DNA of 49,389 bases, filler included, from an uncultured Acidimicrobiales bacterium (GTDB lineage: Bacteria; Actinomycetota; Acidimicrobiia; Acidimicrobiales; UBA10347): the NCBI GenBank assembly GCA_943788915.1. It is 3 parts of 3 records of this genome, joined end to end, with 100 filler letters (N's around TTAATTAATTAA, not from the genome) between each part and the next. Parts side by side here need not be neighbours in the genome. Positions count along the whole stretch, not along the records: positions 16,115 to 39,113 come from CALSSD010000030.1; 2 more parts are not named here. One strand, given 5' to 3'. Below the pieces are notes generated by a model. That model made no database searches, had not been told where the DNA came from, and saw only the letters and a list, made by a program, of their open reading frames with translations. This document shows, in pieces, positions 29,742 to 39,030 of this stretch. The position numbers were made by a program, and so were the translations under genes. The stretch's first letter is position 1; every line of letters starts with the position of its first letter.

Positions 29742-31490
29742 TCAGGCTCGCTTCTTCTCAAAATAGTTACGCAACAACACCGCGACTGAATTCATCATGA
29801 TCACAAACACCAACAGCATGACGATTGCGGCACCTGCAGCCGGCGCGAATCCCTTGTCAACGCCTGCATTTCGGACCCAACCAACGATCACGATGGGCAT
29901 TGCCGTAAACCGGTCGGCGAACTGGCCGAAGAACTGATCGAAGCCGCCGAACATCGAGTCTCGGGGGGCCAACCGGCCGGTGATCGCTCCGACCAGAATG
30001 AGCGGCGCAGCTTCACCAACTGCCCGGGCCAAAGCCAGCAATGTGCCGGTCAGAATCCCAGGCGCAGCAAAAGGAAGCACTTGGCTCTTGATGACTTCCC
30101 ACTTGGTGGCGCCGACGCCATAGGCACCTTCGCGCAGGCTTTGTGGCACGGCTCGAACAGCCTCGGCAGCGGTAATGATCACAATCGGCAATACAAGAAT
30201 TGCCAACGTGACACCGCCGGCGAACAACGTGCTTTGTCCGACCTCGATGAGTTCTTCCTCGTTGAAGACCGACGACCACACCGAGTTGATTCGATCGATG
30301 AACCAGTGGGTAACCGCTGTTCCTTTGACGAACAGGAACAAGCCGAGCAGGCCGTAGACCACCGAGGGCACACCGGCCAGGTTGCGCACGATGATGTCGA
30401 GGATCGAGGTAAACCGGTTACGTGGTGCGTATTCCTCGAGGTACACCGCAGCGGCGATACCGATAGGGAACGCCAAGACCACGACGAACACCGCGATCCA
30501 GAACGAGCCGAGAATTCCCTGGCTGATGCCGAGCTGGTCATCTTCGGAACGAGACCGAAGCGTGCCCGACCAGAAGTCGTTGAGACGTTCGCTGAGCACC
30601 GGCCACCCATCGCCGATCACCTGGGCAAGTAGCACGACCAGAATGATCACGCTCAGCGAAAGCGCCACGAACAGCGCCACCTGGAACAGGCTCAGGACAC
30701 CCAAGTATTGGCAGGCTGCCAACGCTGCTGCTACGACAGCCACAGCAGCAAGTAGCCCCCACGCCCAGCCGCCGGTAGCGAACTCTGGGTCGAGCATACG
30801 TTTCATGATGATGAGGCCTGCGCCCAGGCTTGCAAGCCCAAGCGCGACCTGCTCGAGTTCAAGTGTGGCCCGCGACAGTTCGACGTTGCTCAGTCCAACC
30901 AAGATCGCGATCGACAACACAATGCCGATCAGATAGACCGCGCCGACCAGGTCGCCTCGAACAAGCTGTCGAATGAGCGCGATCGTTGCGAGCCCGGCAA
31001 CCGCAAACCCGGCTCGTGTAGCTAGTGGCGACGACAGTTGTGGCGCCTTCTGGACCAGTCCGGTCATTGCCAGGACTAGGCCAACAAGTGGCACGGCGAG
31101 TAGGTAGACCCCGTTGTCGAGGTCGCCCTTCCACATCTGACGGAGCATCAGCACAAGCGCACCGACGACAAAAATCGTATACAGAAACAGGTCGGCGTTG
31201 ACCCGGATTTCTTGTCGACCACGGCCAATCAGCTGCTTGCCAACCAGCACAACGGCGCCAGCGAGGACCAGCAGCAGCGCAATCGGGGGCATAAAACCTG
31301 AGTACCAGGCGGTCGCGGTGCGAACGTCGGCGTACCAGGTCACGAACATAGCGACGACGGCGAGCAGTCCGCCTGCGGCAGCGAGTGATGTCCATACCAT
31401 CGCTACCGATGTCGAGTCGGCACCCCGACGTTTGATGGTTTCTTCGACGCGTGCGGTTATGTCGCCGCTTCCGAGTGTGGTTATCGCCAT
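29742..31490 (-). CDS. pstA: Phosphate ABC transporter permease PstA with a long N-terminal membrane extension
   Basis: [47 protein letters not shown] and ARAVGEAAP; 582 aa. Confidence 0.92.
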   Translation of the reverse strand: MAITTLGSGDITARVEETIKRRGADSTSVAMVWTSLAAAGGLLAVVAMFVTWYADVRTATAWYSGFMPPIALLLVLAGAVVLVGKQLIGRGRQEIRVNADLFLYTIFVVGALVLMLRQMWKGDLDNGVYLLAVPLVGLVLAMTGLVQKAPQLSSPLATRAGFAVAGLATIALIRQLVRGDLVGAVYLIGIVLSIAILVGLSNVELSRATLELEQVALGLASLGAGLIIMKRMLDPEFATGGWAWGLLAAVAVVAAALAACQYLGVLSLFQVALFVALSLSVIILVVLLAQVIGDGWPVLSERLNDFWSGTLRSRSEDDQLGISQGILGSFWIAVFVVVLAFPIGIAAAVYLEEYAPRNRFTSILDIIVRNLAGVPSVVYGLLGLFLFVKGTAVTHWFIDRINSVWSSVFNEEELIEVGQSTLFAGGVTLAILVLPIVIITAAEAVRAVPQSLREGAYGVGATKWEVIKSQVLPFAAPGILTGTLLALARAVGEAAPLILVGAITGRLAPRDSMFGGFDQFFGQFADRFTAMPIVIVGWVRNAGVDKGFAPAAGAAIVMLLVFVIMMNSVAVLLRNYFEKKRA

Positions 31491-32701
31491 TAGTAACGCT
31501 CCCGCACTCGGGCCACAAATCGTCCGGCCAAAATGTTCAGCAGCAACGTGATTGCGAACAGCACCAGACCAACGAAGTACAGGCTCTGAAACGTGAGCCC
31601 CTCGCCAACCACGCTGTCGGTGCCGGTTGCGAGCGAGGCCATACCAGCAGTCATGGTTAGGCCACCTTCGAATGGTGACGAGGTGAACTCCGCCGCGTCG
31701 GCGGCACCGCCTGCCATGAACACCACCATGGTCTCGCCAAGTGCTCGGGAGATACCAATGATGAACGCGGCCACGATGCCCGACACTGCAGCCGGAAGTA
31801 CAACCTGTCGAGTGGTCGTTGCCTTACGTGCTCCTAGGCCCGCACTTGCTTCGCGGAGTTCTCGTGGAACCGCTGCGAGTGCGTCTTCGGCGACCGATGC
31901 AACCAAGGGAATCGTCAAGATCCCCACCCCAATCGCCGCCGCAGCAAGCTGGCCGCTTCGTTTGACGGTGAATGCATTCTCGGAGGGACATGCAGCGGTG
32001 TCACCGGCGACAGGTGAACAGTCTTGGGCGATGGAGTTGACCCACCAGAAGAGCACGAAGACGAGACCGATAAGCACGACCAGCGTGATCACTCGTTTGA
32101 TGATCGTGGTGGCCTCGGCGCTTGAGTCACGCCACTGGCGCAGCGCCCATACGGCAACACCGGCAGCGGCCATAACCGAGATGGTGTAGCCAATCCACAA
32201 CCATGCGCTTCGCCCGATCTTCTCGATTACCTGGGGGCTAATGAAGAACAAGGCAAAGAAACCGAGCACAACCGAGGGCACGCCAGCAAGGACTTCGAGC
32301 ACCGGCTTCAATATGCCTCGGGTGCGGCGACTCGCATATTCGCTTAGGTAGATGGCGGCGCCAAGGCCAAGCGGCCCGGCGACCAACATGGCCACGACCG
32401 TGACGATGATCGACGACACCAACAAGGTTGGCATGTCGTACAAACCACGCCGCGGGAACCAGCCCGTTTCGCCCCAGGTCACGGACCAATCGACTTGGGT
32501 GATAAAGGTCCATGCCTCGCGGATCAGACTGACGATTATCAAGACTGAGATCAGAACCGAGACCATCGCCGCCGCGAAGAACAAACCACGGATGATGGCT
32601 TCCTTGCGTTGGCGGCGTTGGGGACCGGCTAGGGCTTCGACCGACAGGGGTGCGCGAGCCCGTGTCGATGTGACCGTATTGGTCACGGAGAAGTCAGTCA
32701 T
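31490..32701 (-). CDS. pstC: Phosphate ABC transporter permease PstC
   Basis: [42 protein letters not shown] and SRALGETM.V. Confidence 0.95.
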   Translation of the reverse strand: MTDFSVTNTVTSTRARAPLSVEALAGPQRRQRKEAIIRGLFFAAAMVSVLISVLIIVSLIREAWTFITQVDWSVTWGETGWFPRRGLYDMPTLLVSSIIVTVVAMLVAGPLGLGAAIYLSEYASRRTRGILKPVLEVLAGVPSVVLGFFALFFISPQVIEKIGRSAWLWIGYTISVMAAAGVAVWALRQWRDSSAEATTIIKRVITLVVLIGLVFVLFWWVNSIAQDCSPVAGDTAACPSENAFTVKRSGQLAAAAIGVGILTIPLVASVAEDALAAVPRELREASAGLGARKATTTRQVVLPAAVSGIVAAFIIGISRALGETMVVFMAGGAADAAEFTSSPFEGGLTMTAGMASLATGTDSVVGEGLTFQSLYFVGLVLFAITLLLNILAGRFVARVRERY

Positions 32702-32798
32702 GGCCTAGAACCTACTGGTGTATCGAGAGCATGATGGTTGACCAAGACCGGATGTGCAGTCCACCAAAGGGGATGGTCGACCCCATCTGCACAGACGC

Positions 32799-34775
32799 TC
32801 AGCCCTGCCACGCTGAGGCAACCTCAGCCTTGGCTGTGTCGGCGAGCTCGACGTAGCCAACCGAGGCAACTGCCTCGTTCAGGCCGGTGGTGACGTAGAA
32901 GTCGACGAACCCTGCGAGTGCCGGGTTGGCCGCAGCTTTGGCGTTGTTCACATAGATGTACAGGTTCCGGCTGACCGGGTACTCGTTGCTGGCAATCGTT
33001 GCCGGGGTTGCTTCAACACAACCGTCGCCACCGTCAACCTGCAACAGCTTGGAACCCTCAGCATTGGCGGCAAAAGCAAACCCGACCCAACCAAGACTCG
33101 TATCTGAACTCTGAATGCCGGACAAGATCACATTGTCATCAGCCGACGGGCTGTACGTCGAACGAGTCGACGCTTCCTGACCACGTTCCTCGGCAATGTC
33201 CTCGATCACAATCTCGATGAAACTGTCATAGGTACCCGACTCTTCACCCGGACCAAAGATCGTCAACGGCGCATCCGGCAAACCCACACCAGTGATGTCA
33301 TTCGCATCAGCCCAACTGGTCACACCATCAGACTCAGGACCAACCAGGCCATACAGATCACCAAAGGTCACACACTCGACCGCCGTGTTGTTCTCGCTCG
33401 TCATCACACCAATACCATCGATACCCACCAGGATCTCGGTGAACTCGATACCCGCAGCCGCACATTCCTCGGCTTCAGCATCCTTGATCTGACGACTGGC
33501 ATCGCTGATATCGGTCTCACCAGAACAGAACTTCTTGAAACCATCACCCGTGCCCGGACCTTCAACATCCACGAACACGCCAGGAGCAACCTCTTCGAAC
33601 AACTCAGCCACCCGTACCGAAATCGGCTCAACCGTGGACGACCCAGAAATAAAGATCTCACCCTCGAGATCAGACAGATCGATGTCGCTGCCGCTCGCCG
33701 ACTCGTTTGCCGTCACGTCGGCGCCCCGGGCAGCCCATGCTGCTTGGGTTTCTGCCATGGCCGCAGTTGCCAGTTGCACGTAACCAACCTGGGAAACAGC
33801 GTCGATCAACCCTGTTGTTGTGTAGAAGTCGACGAACCCTGCGAGTGCCGGGTTGGCCGCAGCTTTGGCGTTGTTCACATAGATGTACAGGTTCCGGCTG
33901 ACCGGGTACTCGTTGCTGGCAATCGTTGCCGGGGTTGCTTCAACACAACCGTCGCCACCGTCAACCTGCAACAGCTTGGAACCCTCAGCATTGGCGGCAA
34001 AAGCAAACCCGACCCAACCAAGACTCGTATCTGAACTCTGAATGCCGGACAAGATCACATTGTCATCAGCCGACGGGCTGTACGTCGAACGAGTCGACGC
34101 TTCCTGACCACGTTCCTCGGCAATGTCCTCGATCACAATCTCGATGAAACTGTCATAGGTACCCGACTCTTCACCCGGACCAAAGATCGTCAACGGCGCA
34201 TCCGGCAAACCCACACCAGTGATGTCATTCGCATCAGCCCAACTGGTCACACCATCAGACTCAGGACCAACCAGGCCATACAGATCACCAAAGGTCACAC
34301 ACTCGACCGCCGTGTTGTTCTCGCTCGTCATCACACCAATACCATCGATACCCACCAGGATCTCGGTGAACTCGATACCCGCAGCCGCACATTCCTCGGC
34401 TTCAGCATCCTTGATCTGACGACTGGCATCGCTGATATCGGTCTCACCAGAACAGAACTTCTTGAAACCATCACCCGTGCCCGGACCTTCAACATCCACG
34501 AACACGCCAGGAGCAACCTCTTCGAACAACTCAGCCACCCGTACCGAAATCGGCTCAACCGTGGACGAACCCGAAATGAAAATCTCACCCTCAAGATCGG
34601 AAGGGTCAACCGGTGCAATCGTGGTTTCTTCGGTCGTTCCCTGATCGGCGGTTGGTTGCGACGAGGCGCTTTCGCCATCGGTTACGTCGCCGCTGTCGCC
34701 ACATGCAACAGCAATCAGAGCCAGCATCAGGACCAGGCTCACTATTCGCCACGCTGACGAACGGGGGGTGTTCAT
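32799..34775 (-). CDS. pstS: Phosphate-binding lipoprotein PstS with two tandem binding domains
   Basis: Lipobox LIAVAC. Two copies of SGSSTVEP..GPGTGDGFKKFC..DASRQIK..SGTYDSF..YPVSRNLYIY. An RBS GGAGG precedes ATG 34775. Confidence 0.93.
   Translation of the reverse strand: MNTPRSSAWRIVSLVLMLALIAVACGDSGDVTDGESASSQPTADQGTTEETTIAPVDPSDLEGEIFISGSSTVEPISVRVAELFEEVAPGVFVDVEGPGTGDGFKKFCSGETDISDASRQIKDAEAEECAAAGIEFTEILVGIDGIGVMTSENNTAVECVTFGDLYGLVGPESDGVTSWADANDITGVGLPDAPLTIFGPGEESGTYDSFIEIVIEDIAEERGQEASTRSTYSPSADDNVILSGIQSSDTSLGWVGFAFAANAEGSKLLQVDGGDGCVEATPATIASNEYPVSRNLYIYVNNAKAAANPALAGFVDFYTTTGLIDAVSQVGYVQLATAAMAETQAAWAARGADVTANESASGSDIDLSDLEGEIFISGSSTVEPISVRVAELFEEVAPGVFVDVEGPGTGDGFKKFCSGETDISDASRQIKDAEAEECAAAGIEFTEILVGIDGIGVMTSENNTAVECVTFGDLYGLVGPESDGVTSWADANDITGVGLPDAPLTIFGPGEESGTYDSFIEIVIEDIAEERGQEASTRSTYSPSADDNVILSGIQSSDTSLGWVGFAFAANAEGSKLLQVDGGDGCVEATPATIASNEYPVSRNLYIYVNNAKAAANPALAGFVDFYVTTGLNEAVASVGYVELADTAKAEVASAWQG
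32895..34568. repeat. 747-bp apparently identical direct repeat inside pstS (period 927)
   Basis: 32895-33641 matches 33822-34568, and the ORF track shows identical off-frame translations 927 nt apart. Confidence 0.92.
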
Positions 34776-34868
34776 TGTTTGTTCCTCCATAGGAATCGGT
34801 CAGGCAGCCGCAACAACGCGCATCTGCCACTGAGAAACCTACGGACGTGACCTTGCCCTAACCGTACC

Positions 34869-34890
34869 CCCAGGTGAACAGCGGGTAAAT
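34869..34890 (-). promoter_or_regulatory. Putative PHO box upstream of pstS
   Basis: Minus strand ATTTACCCGCT-GTTCACCTGGG forms two 11-nt units resembling the actinobacterial GTTCACC repeat. A candidate -10 element TAGGTT lies at 34841-34836. Confidence 0.7.
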
Positions 34891-34898
34891 GGCTAGCC

Positions 34899-35009
34899 CG
34901 GATCTTGCGGAGCAAAGGCAGACAACACTCAACACAAAAGCCCCCGGGACCCCAGACCTACAAACTCCAAAACAGCCTTTGCGGAGCTTGCGGAGCAAAG
35001 GCGGACTAC
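34899..35009. repeat. REP-like element pair (GTAG-type)
   Basis: CGGA(T/G)CTTGCGGAGCAAAGGC(A/G)GAC(A/T)AC at 34899-34926 and 34982-35009. The second copy is part of a hairpin, GCCTTTGC-GGAGCTTGCGGA-GCAAAGGC (34975-35002). Confidence 0.7.
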
Positions 35010-35012
35010 CCG

Positions 35013-35465
35013 TTAGTCGTCGGTTTCGTTCTTGGCTTGGCGACCTAGTTCCTTGATCAACAGGTGAGCCTCGACGAGAACCGCCTGATCATGCACATGA
35101 GTGAGCATGGTCAGGGCTTTGGAGCGTTTGACCCAGGTCACGGCATCAACTTCGTCGTTGCGAACAAACTCGCCGCCCCGAGCTTCCATGAGCCAGTACT
35201 TGACTTGTTTGGGGTTGCCGTTCGGCGTGATGTAGTTGACCGGGCTGAGCCTGGCCAACACGTCGCATACAAAACCGGTTTCTTCCTTGACCTCGCGAAG
35301 GGCTGCATCGCGATGTTTTTCGGCTCGATTCAGCTTGCCTTTGGGCAGCGACCAGTCGTCGTAGCGGGGGCGGTGAATCAACAGATAACGCGGTTTTCCC
35401 TTTGACAGGTCGACGATCACGCCGCCTGCCGCCTCGATGCATTCCGGTCGTTCTTTTGATTCCAC
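35013..35465 (-). CDS. NUDIX hydrolase (similar to the MutT1 N-terminal domain)
   Basis: AAGGVI, HRPRYDDWSLPKGK, and a Nudix box AALREVKEETG. Confidence 0.9.
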   Translation of the reverse strand: MESKERPECIEAAGGVIVDLSKGKPRYLLIHRPRYDDWSLPKGKLNRAEKHRDAALREVKEETGFVCDVLARLSPVNYITPNGNPKQVKYWLMEARGGEFVRNDEVDAVTWVKRSKALTMLTHVHDQAVLVEAHLLIKELGRQAKNETDD

Positions 35466-35501
35466 GGTCAGTTCCCTAGTTCGTGCAGAAGCACGTGCAT
35501 C

Positions 35502-37548
35502 TCAATCGGTGCCAGAAGCATCGGGGGCGATCCAGGATCCGTCGGGGCCAAGGGTCCAGGCCCTTCGGGTGTCGGCCAGATTCGCTTCGATGATGTGGTC
35601 GAGTTTTGCTCGAGTCATTGGATCGGTCACCGGCACGAGCGCTTCTACTCGTCGGTCGAGGTTGCGACTCATCAGGTCTGCCGACCCGATCAGATAGTGA
35701 GGTTTGCCCAAACCCTCGCCGTTGGCGAACCAGTAACAACGCGTGTGTTCCAGATAGCGGCCAAGCACGCTGCGGACCGAAATATTCTCGCTCATGCCGG
35801 GAACTCCGGGCCGGAGACAACACATGCCACGAATGATGAGCTCGATCCGCACACCTGCTTGTGACGCCGCGTAGAGCTCGTCGATCATGCCGGGGTCAAC
35901 CAGTGAGTTCATCTTCATCCGGATGTGACCGGCGGCGCCAGCTGCTGCTCTCGTTACGGATCAGCTCGGCGAGACGGGGCCGCATGTCTGCGGGAGCGAC
36001 AACAAGATGGTTGTAGACGACTGGCACATGGAAGCCGGTCAACGAGTTGAACATGGCGCTTAGATCGGCACCGAACTCAGGGTCGGCGGTAAACAGGCCA
36101 ATGTCGGTGTAGAGCCGAGCAGTGCGGGCGTTGTAGTTCCCGGTTCCGAAATGGCAGTACCGAGTGAGTTTCTCTTCTTCGCGGCGGATGACCAGGCAGG
36201 TCTTGGTATGAATTTTGAGCGACACGAAGCCGTAGGCCACGTGAACGCCGGCACGTTCGAGGCGCCGGGCCCAGCTGATGTTGGCTGCTTCGTCGAAGCG
36301 AGCCTTGAGCTCTACGACTACCACGACCTGTTTGCCGGCTTCGGCGGCGCGCACCAAGGCTTCGACGATCAAGCCGTCGCCCGACATGCGATACATCGTC
36401 ATCTTGATCGCTTGGGTGTGCGGATCGTCGGCTGCGGCATTGATGAAGGCCAGCACCGAGTCGTCGAACGAGTCGTAGGGATGGTGGACCAGGATGTCGT
36501 TGGCCCGGATGCGGGCGAAGAGTTCGTCGGGTGAACCAATACCCATGAATCCCTCGGGCGTCCGGGGTTCCATTGGTTTCAGGTTGAAGTCTGTCCGACC
36601 GTTTACCAGCTTGTCGACATTGCAATAACTGCCGAGGTCGACCGTGCCGTCGACGTTGAAGAACACATCATCGGCGACGTCGAGCTCGCTGGCCAGGATG
36701 TTCCGAAGTTCTGCACTGGCGGCGGCGTCGATTTCGACTCGCACGACTTCGCCGAATCGTCGACGGCGTAGCTCACTTTCGACTGCGGTCAGGAGATCGT
36801 CGTCGTGGTCGTCGAGCGTCTCGGCGTCGACGGAAATGTCTGCATTTCGGGTGACCCGAAATACGGTCTGCTCAAGGATCTCGACACCCGGAAAGAGGCG
36901 GTCAAGGTTGGCCGCGATGACTTGTTCGAGCGGCACTGCCTTGGCGCCGAGGTAGGCATGGCGTCCGAGCAGATGGGTCGGGACCTTGACTCGGGCGAAC
37001 CGGCGGATCCCACTTTGTGGATCGGCGATGAGCATGCCCAGGTTCAGCGACAGCGTACTGATGTACGGAAACGGGTGGCCGGGATCTACGGCGAGTGGTG
37101 TGAGGATCGGGAACACCTGGTCGGCGTAGAACTCACTGAGTTCGGCCTGCTCAGTCGGGCTGAGGCCGGACCAGTTGACCAGCATAAGCGGCTGCTCTGC
37201 TTGAGCCATTGCCTTTGCCAGTTCGAGCGTGATCCGTTGCGCCACCTGATGCTGTTGTCGCACCATCGCAAGCGAGAGGTCGACCTGGCTCTGCGACGTA
37301 ACGCCATCGTCGATGACACGGACCCGACCGTTGCGGGCGTCGTCCTTCATGGACGCGATACGCACCAGGAAGTACTCGTCGAGATTGTTTGCCCAAATCG
37401 AGACGAACCGCATGCGGTCCGCGTAGGGCAACGACCCGTCTTCGGCCAGAGCCAGGACACGACGATTAAACTCATGCCACGACAGTTGCCGATTTATGAA
37501 ACGCGTGTCGGTTGCCGGGGCGACGTTCGCCGCGTGCTCTGCGGTCAT
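35502..37548 (-). pseudogene. ppk1: Polyphosphate kinase 1, with a single frameshift at ~35950 as assembled
   Basis: NRQLSWHEFNRRVL, LTPLAVDPGHPFP, LVHHPYDSF, ELKARFDE and GTGNYN. The C-terminal MKMNSL..RGMCCL..GRYLEH..SADLM.RNLDRRVE is in the next frame. Confidence 0.92.
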
Positions 37549-37569
37549 TGCACTACCCGTTGACGACGG

Positions 37570-37863
37570 CTAGTTGCCGTCCTCGTCATAACCAAGGTCC
37601 CACTCAAGAAGGATGTTGGAGCGTTCAGCATCGCGGTTCACACGTTCGCGGTTGCGCCGGAACTGGGGGTCATGCGGAGGCAGTAGCAACAGGCGAGCCA
37701 TCACCCGTAGCTTGAAGGACTCGACAAATCCACTGTCACCAAAGTCGCTACGGAAGTCCCAATGCGGCGAGGTCGGCCCGAGGTACACGATCTTGACGTG
37801 CGCATCGGGTGCGATTGGTTCGCCGTTCTCGTCGACAGCACCGGTCGTCTGAATATCTGACAT
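37570..37863 (-). CDS. Hypothetical protein (97 aa) upstream of ppk1
   Basis: Compact protein-like ORF (VKIVYLGP..PHW, RLLLLPPHDPQFRRNRERV) co-oriented with ppk1 and 21 nt from it. Confidence 0.7.
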   Translation of the reverse strand: MSDIQTTGAVDENGEPIAPDAHVKIVYLGPTSPHWDFRSDFGDSGFVESFKLRVMARLLLLPPHDPQFRRNRERVNRDAERSNILLEWDLGYDEDGN

Positions 37864-37923
37864 GGCGGCAGTGTACGCCTTTCGTCACCGCCGCTGCGCA
37901 TAACGGTGCCCGATCACCTTCTC

Positions 37924-38038
37924 GCCACAAACTGTTGCCCCAGAACATCACCACCGACGTTTTCAACCAACAGTTACCGTGTCTGCCACAAACTGTTGGA
38001 CCAAAACATCACTACCGACGTTTTCATCCAACAGTTAC
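37924..38038. repeat. Two tandem 54-bp palindromic repeats (period 61)
   Basis: GCCACAAACTGTTG....A(G/A)AACATCAC(C/T)ACCGACGTTTTCA.CCAACAGTTAC at 37924-37977 and 37985-38038, with arms AACTGTTG and CAACAGTT. Confidence 0.92.
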
Positions 38039-38976
38039 GCGGCCCGATACATCTGGTGGCGTTGCTTGAACGTGCGCTTCAGAGACTCGAGGAAGAAGGC
38101 GGGTTCGTGCGCCATTCCCCAGGTGATGTACAGAATCTCCCAGCCTTCGGCCGCCAGGGCGATGTCGCGAAGATTGTCTGCCTCCTCAGCTGCCGGTCCG
38201 AAATGCACCTGCTTCGAGTGCCCCTCGATGCCAAGGCGGGCAGTGGGAAACGCCAGATCCAGTCGCTTCGGACCGTCAGATGTCTGCACCTCGAACTGGC
38301 GAACTGGTGTCGGTAACGCCGGGTCGCTGATGACCCGCTCAACCAACAGTTCGAGCTGTGACTCCGAGAGCACCCCCGATCGACTTGGGTCATACATCAC
38401 GGCTTCAAGCCCATCGCCACCCCAAGGACCAGTGCGACGCAGCCGCTTCCAGGTTGATTCGATCCAACGTGGCGATGCGCCCTTGCGCAGCGCCGAGTCC
38501 AGAGCCGCCTCGACAGCATCGATGTCGCATACCGCGCCAAGCTGCACCAGTGTTCGAGCGATCGACGTGACTCGAATTCCATCGATAACAGCGATGTCAT
38601 CTCGGCTTGTGAAACTCCAGGTATGCATCGAGACAGTGCCTAGGGCGCTCAGGTCTCGGTGATTGCCGCGTTCGAAACAGACTTCGATCAGGTAGCGAGG
38701 TGATCGCACGCCATCGAGCCCATGCAGCGAGGCCGCAGAGCGATGCGAGATGACCGCCCCTGCAAGGCTCGCTACCATGAGGCGCTGACGGTGTGAGTCT
38801 TGCGACGACGCAAACGTGAAGACGTCGCTAAGCGGTCTTCTCAGCCGGCCTGAACCTACAGCTCGCCGAAGTTGTTGGGCGTTGATCGTCTTTTCGGCGG
38901 CCTGACTTCGATTGAATGCACCGTGCTGAGAGGCCGCGATCTCGGCTACGGCGCTCCATGCGTCGTTTCCGTTCAT
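38035..38976 (-). CDS. AbiEi-like N-terminal domain plus DUF559/Vsr-like PD-(D/E)XK endonuclease
   Basis: N-terminus AEIAASQHGAFNRSQ..G.LRR..VF. Middle ISHRSAASLHGL and DGIRVTSIARTLVQL. C-terminus ESQLE, LP.PVRQFEV, RLDLAFP..RLGIEGHS..H and D..RD..L...GWEILYITW. Confidence 0.85.
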   Translation of the reverse strand: MNGNDAWSAVAEIAASQHGAFNRSQAAEKTINAQQLRRAVGSGRLRRPLSDVFTFASSQDSHRQRLMVASLAGAVISHRSAASLHGLDGVRSPRYLIEVCFERGNHRDLSALGTVSMHTWSFTSRDDIAVIDGIRVTSIARTLVQLGAVCDIDAVEAALDSALRKGASPRWIESTWKRLRRTGPWGGDGLEAVMYDPSRSGVLSESQLELLVERVISDPALPTPVRQFEVQTSDGPKRLDLAFPTARLGIEGHSKQVHFGPAAEEADNLRDIALAAEGWEILYITWGMAHEPAFFLESLKRTFKQRHQMYRAA

Positions 38977-39030
38977 ACGTCCAGGCTTGCACGCCGGTGT
39001 GACAGCCAGCCGAAGGCACACCACCCCGTA

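Noticed and set aside
32750..32795. Hairpin between pstS and pstC as an intrinsic terminator
   Set aside because: The stem (TGTGCAG/CTGCACA) is short and interrupted, with no U-tract; at most it is an mRNA-stabilising structure.
37924..38038. Tandem repeats as a CRISPR array
   Set aside because: The units are 54 bp with only 7 nt between them, there are no unique spacers and no cas genes are visible.
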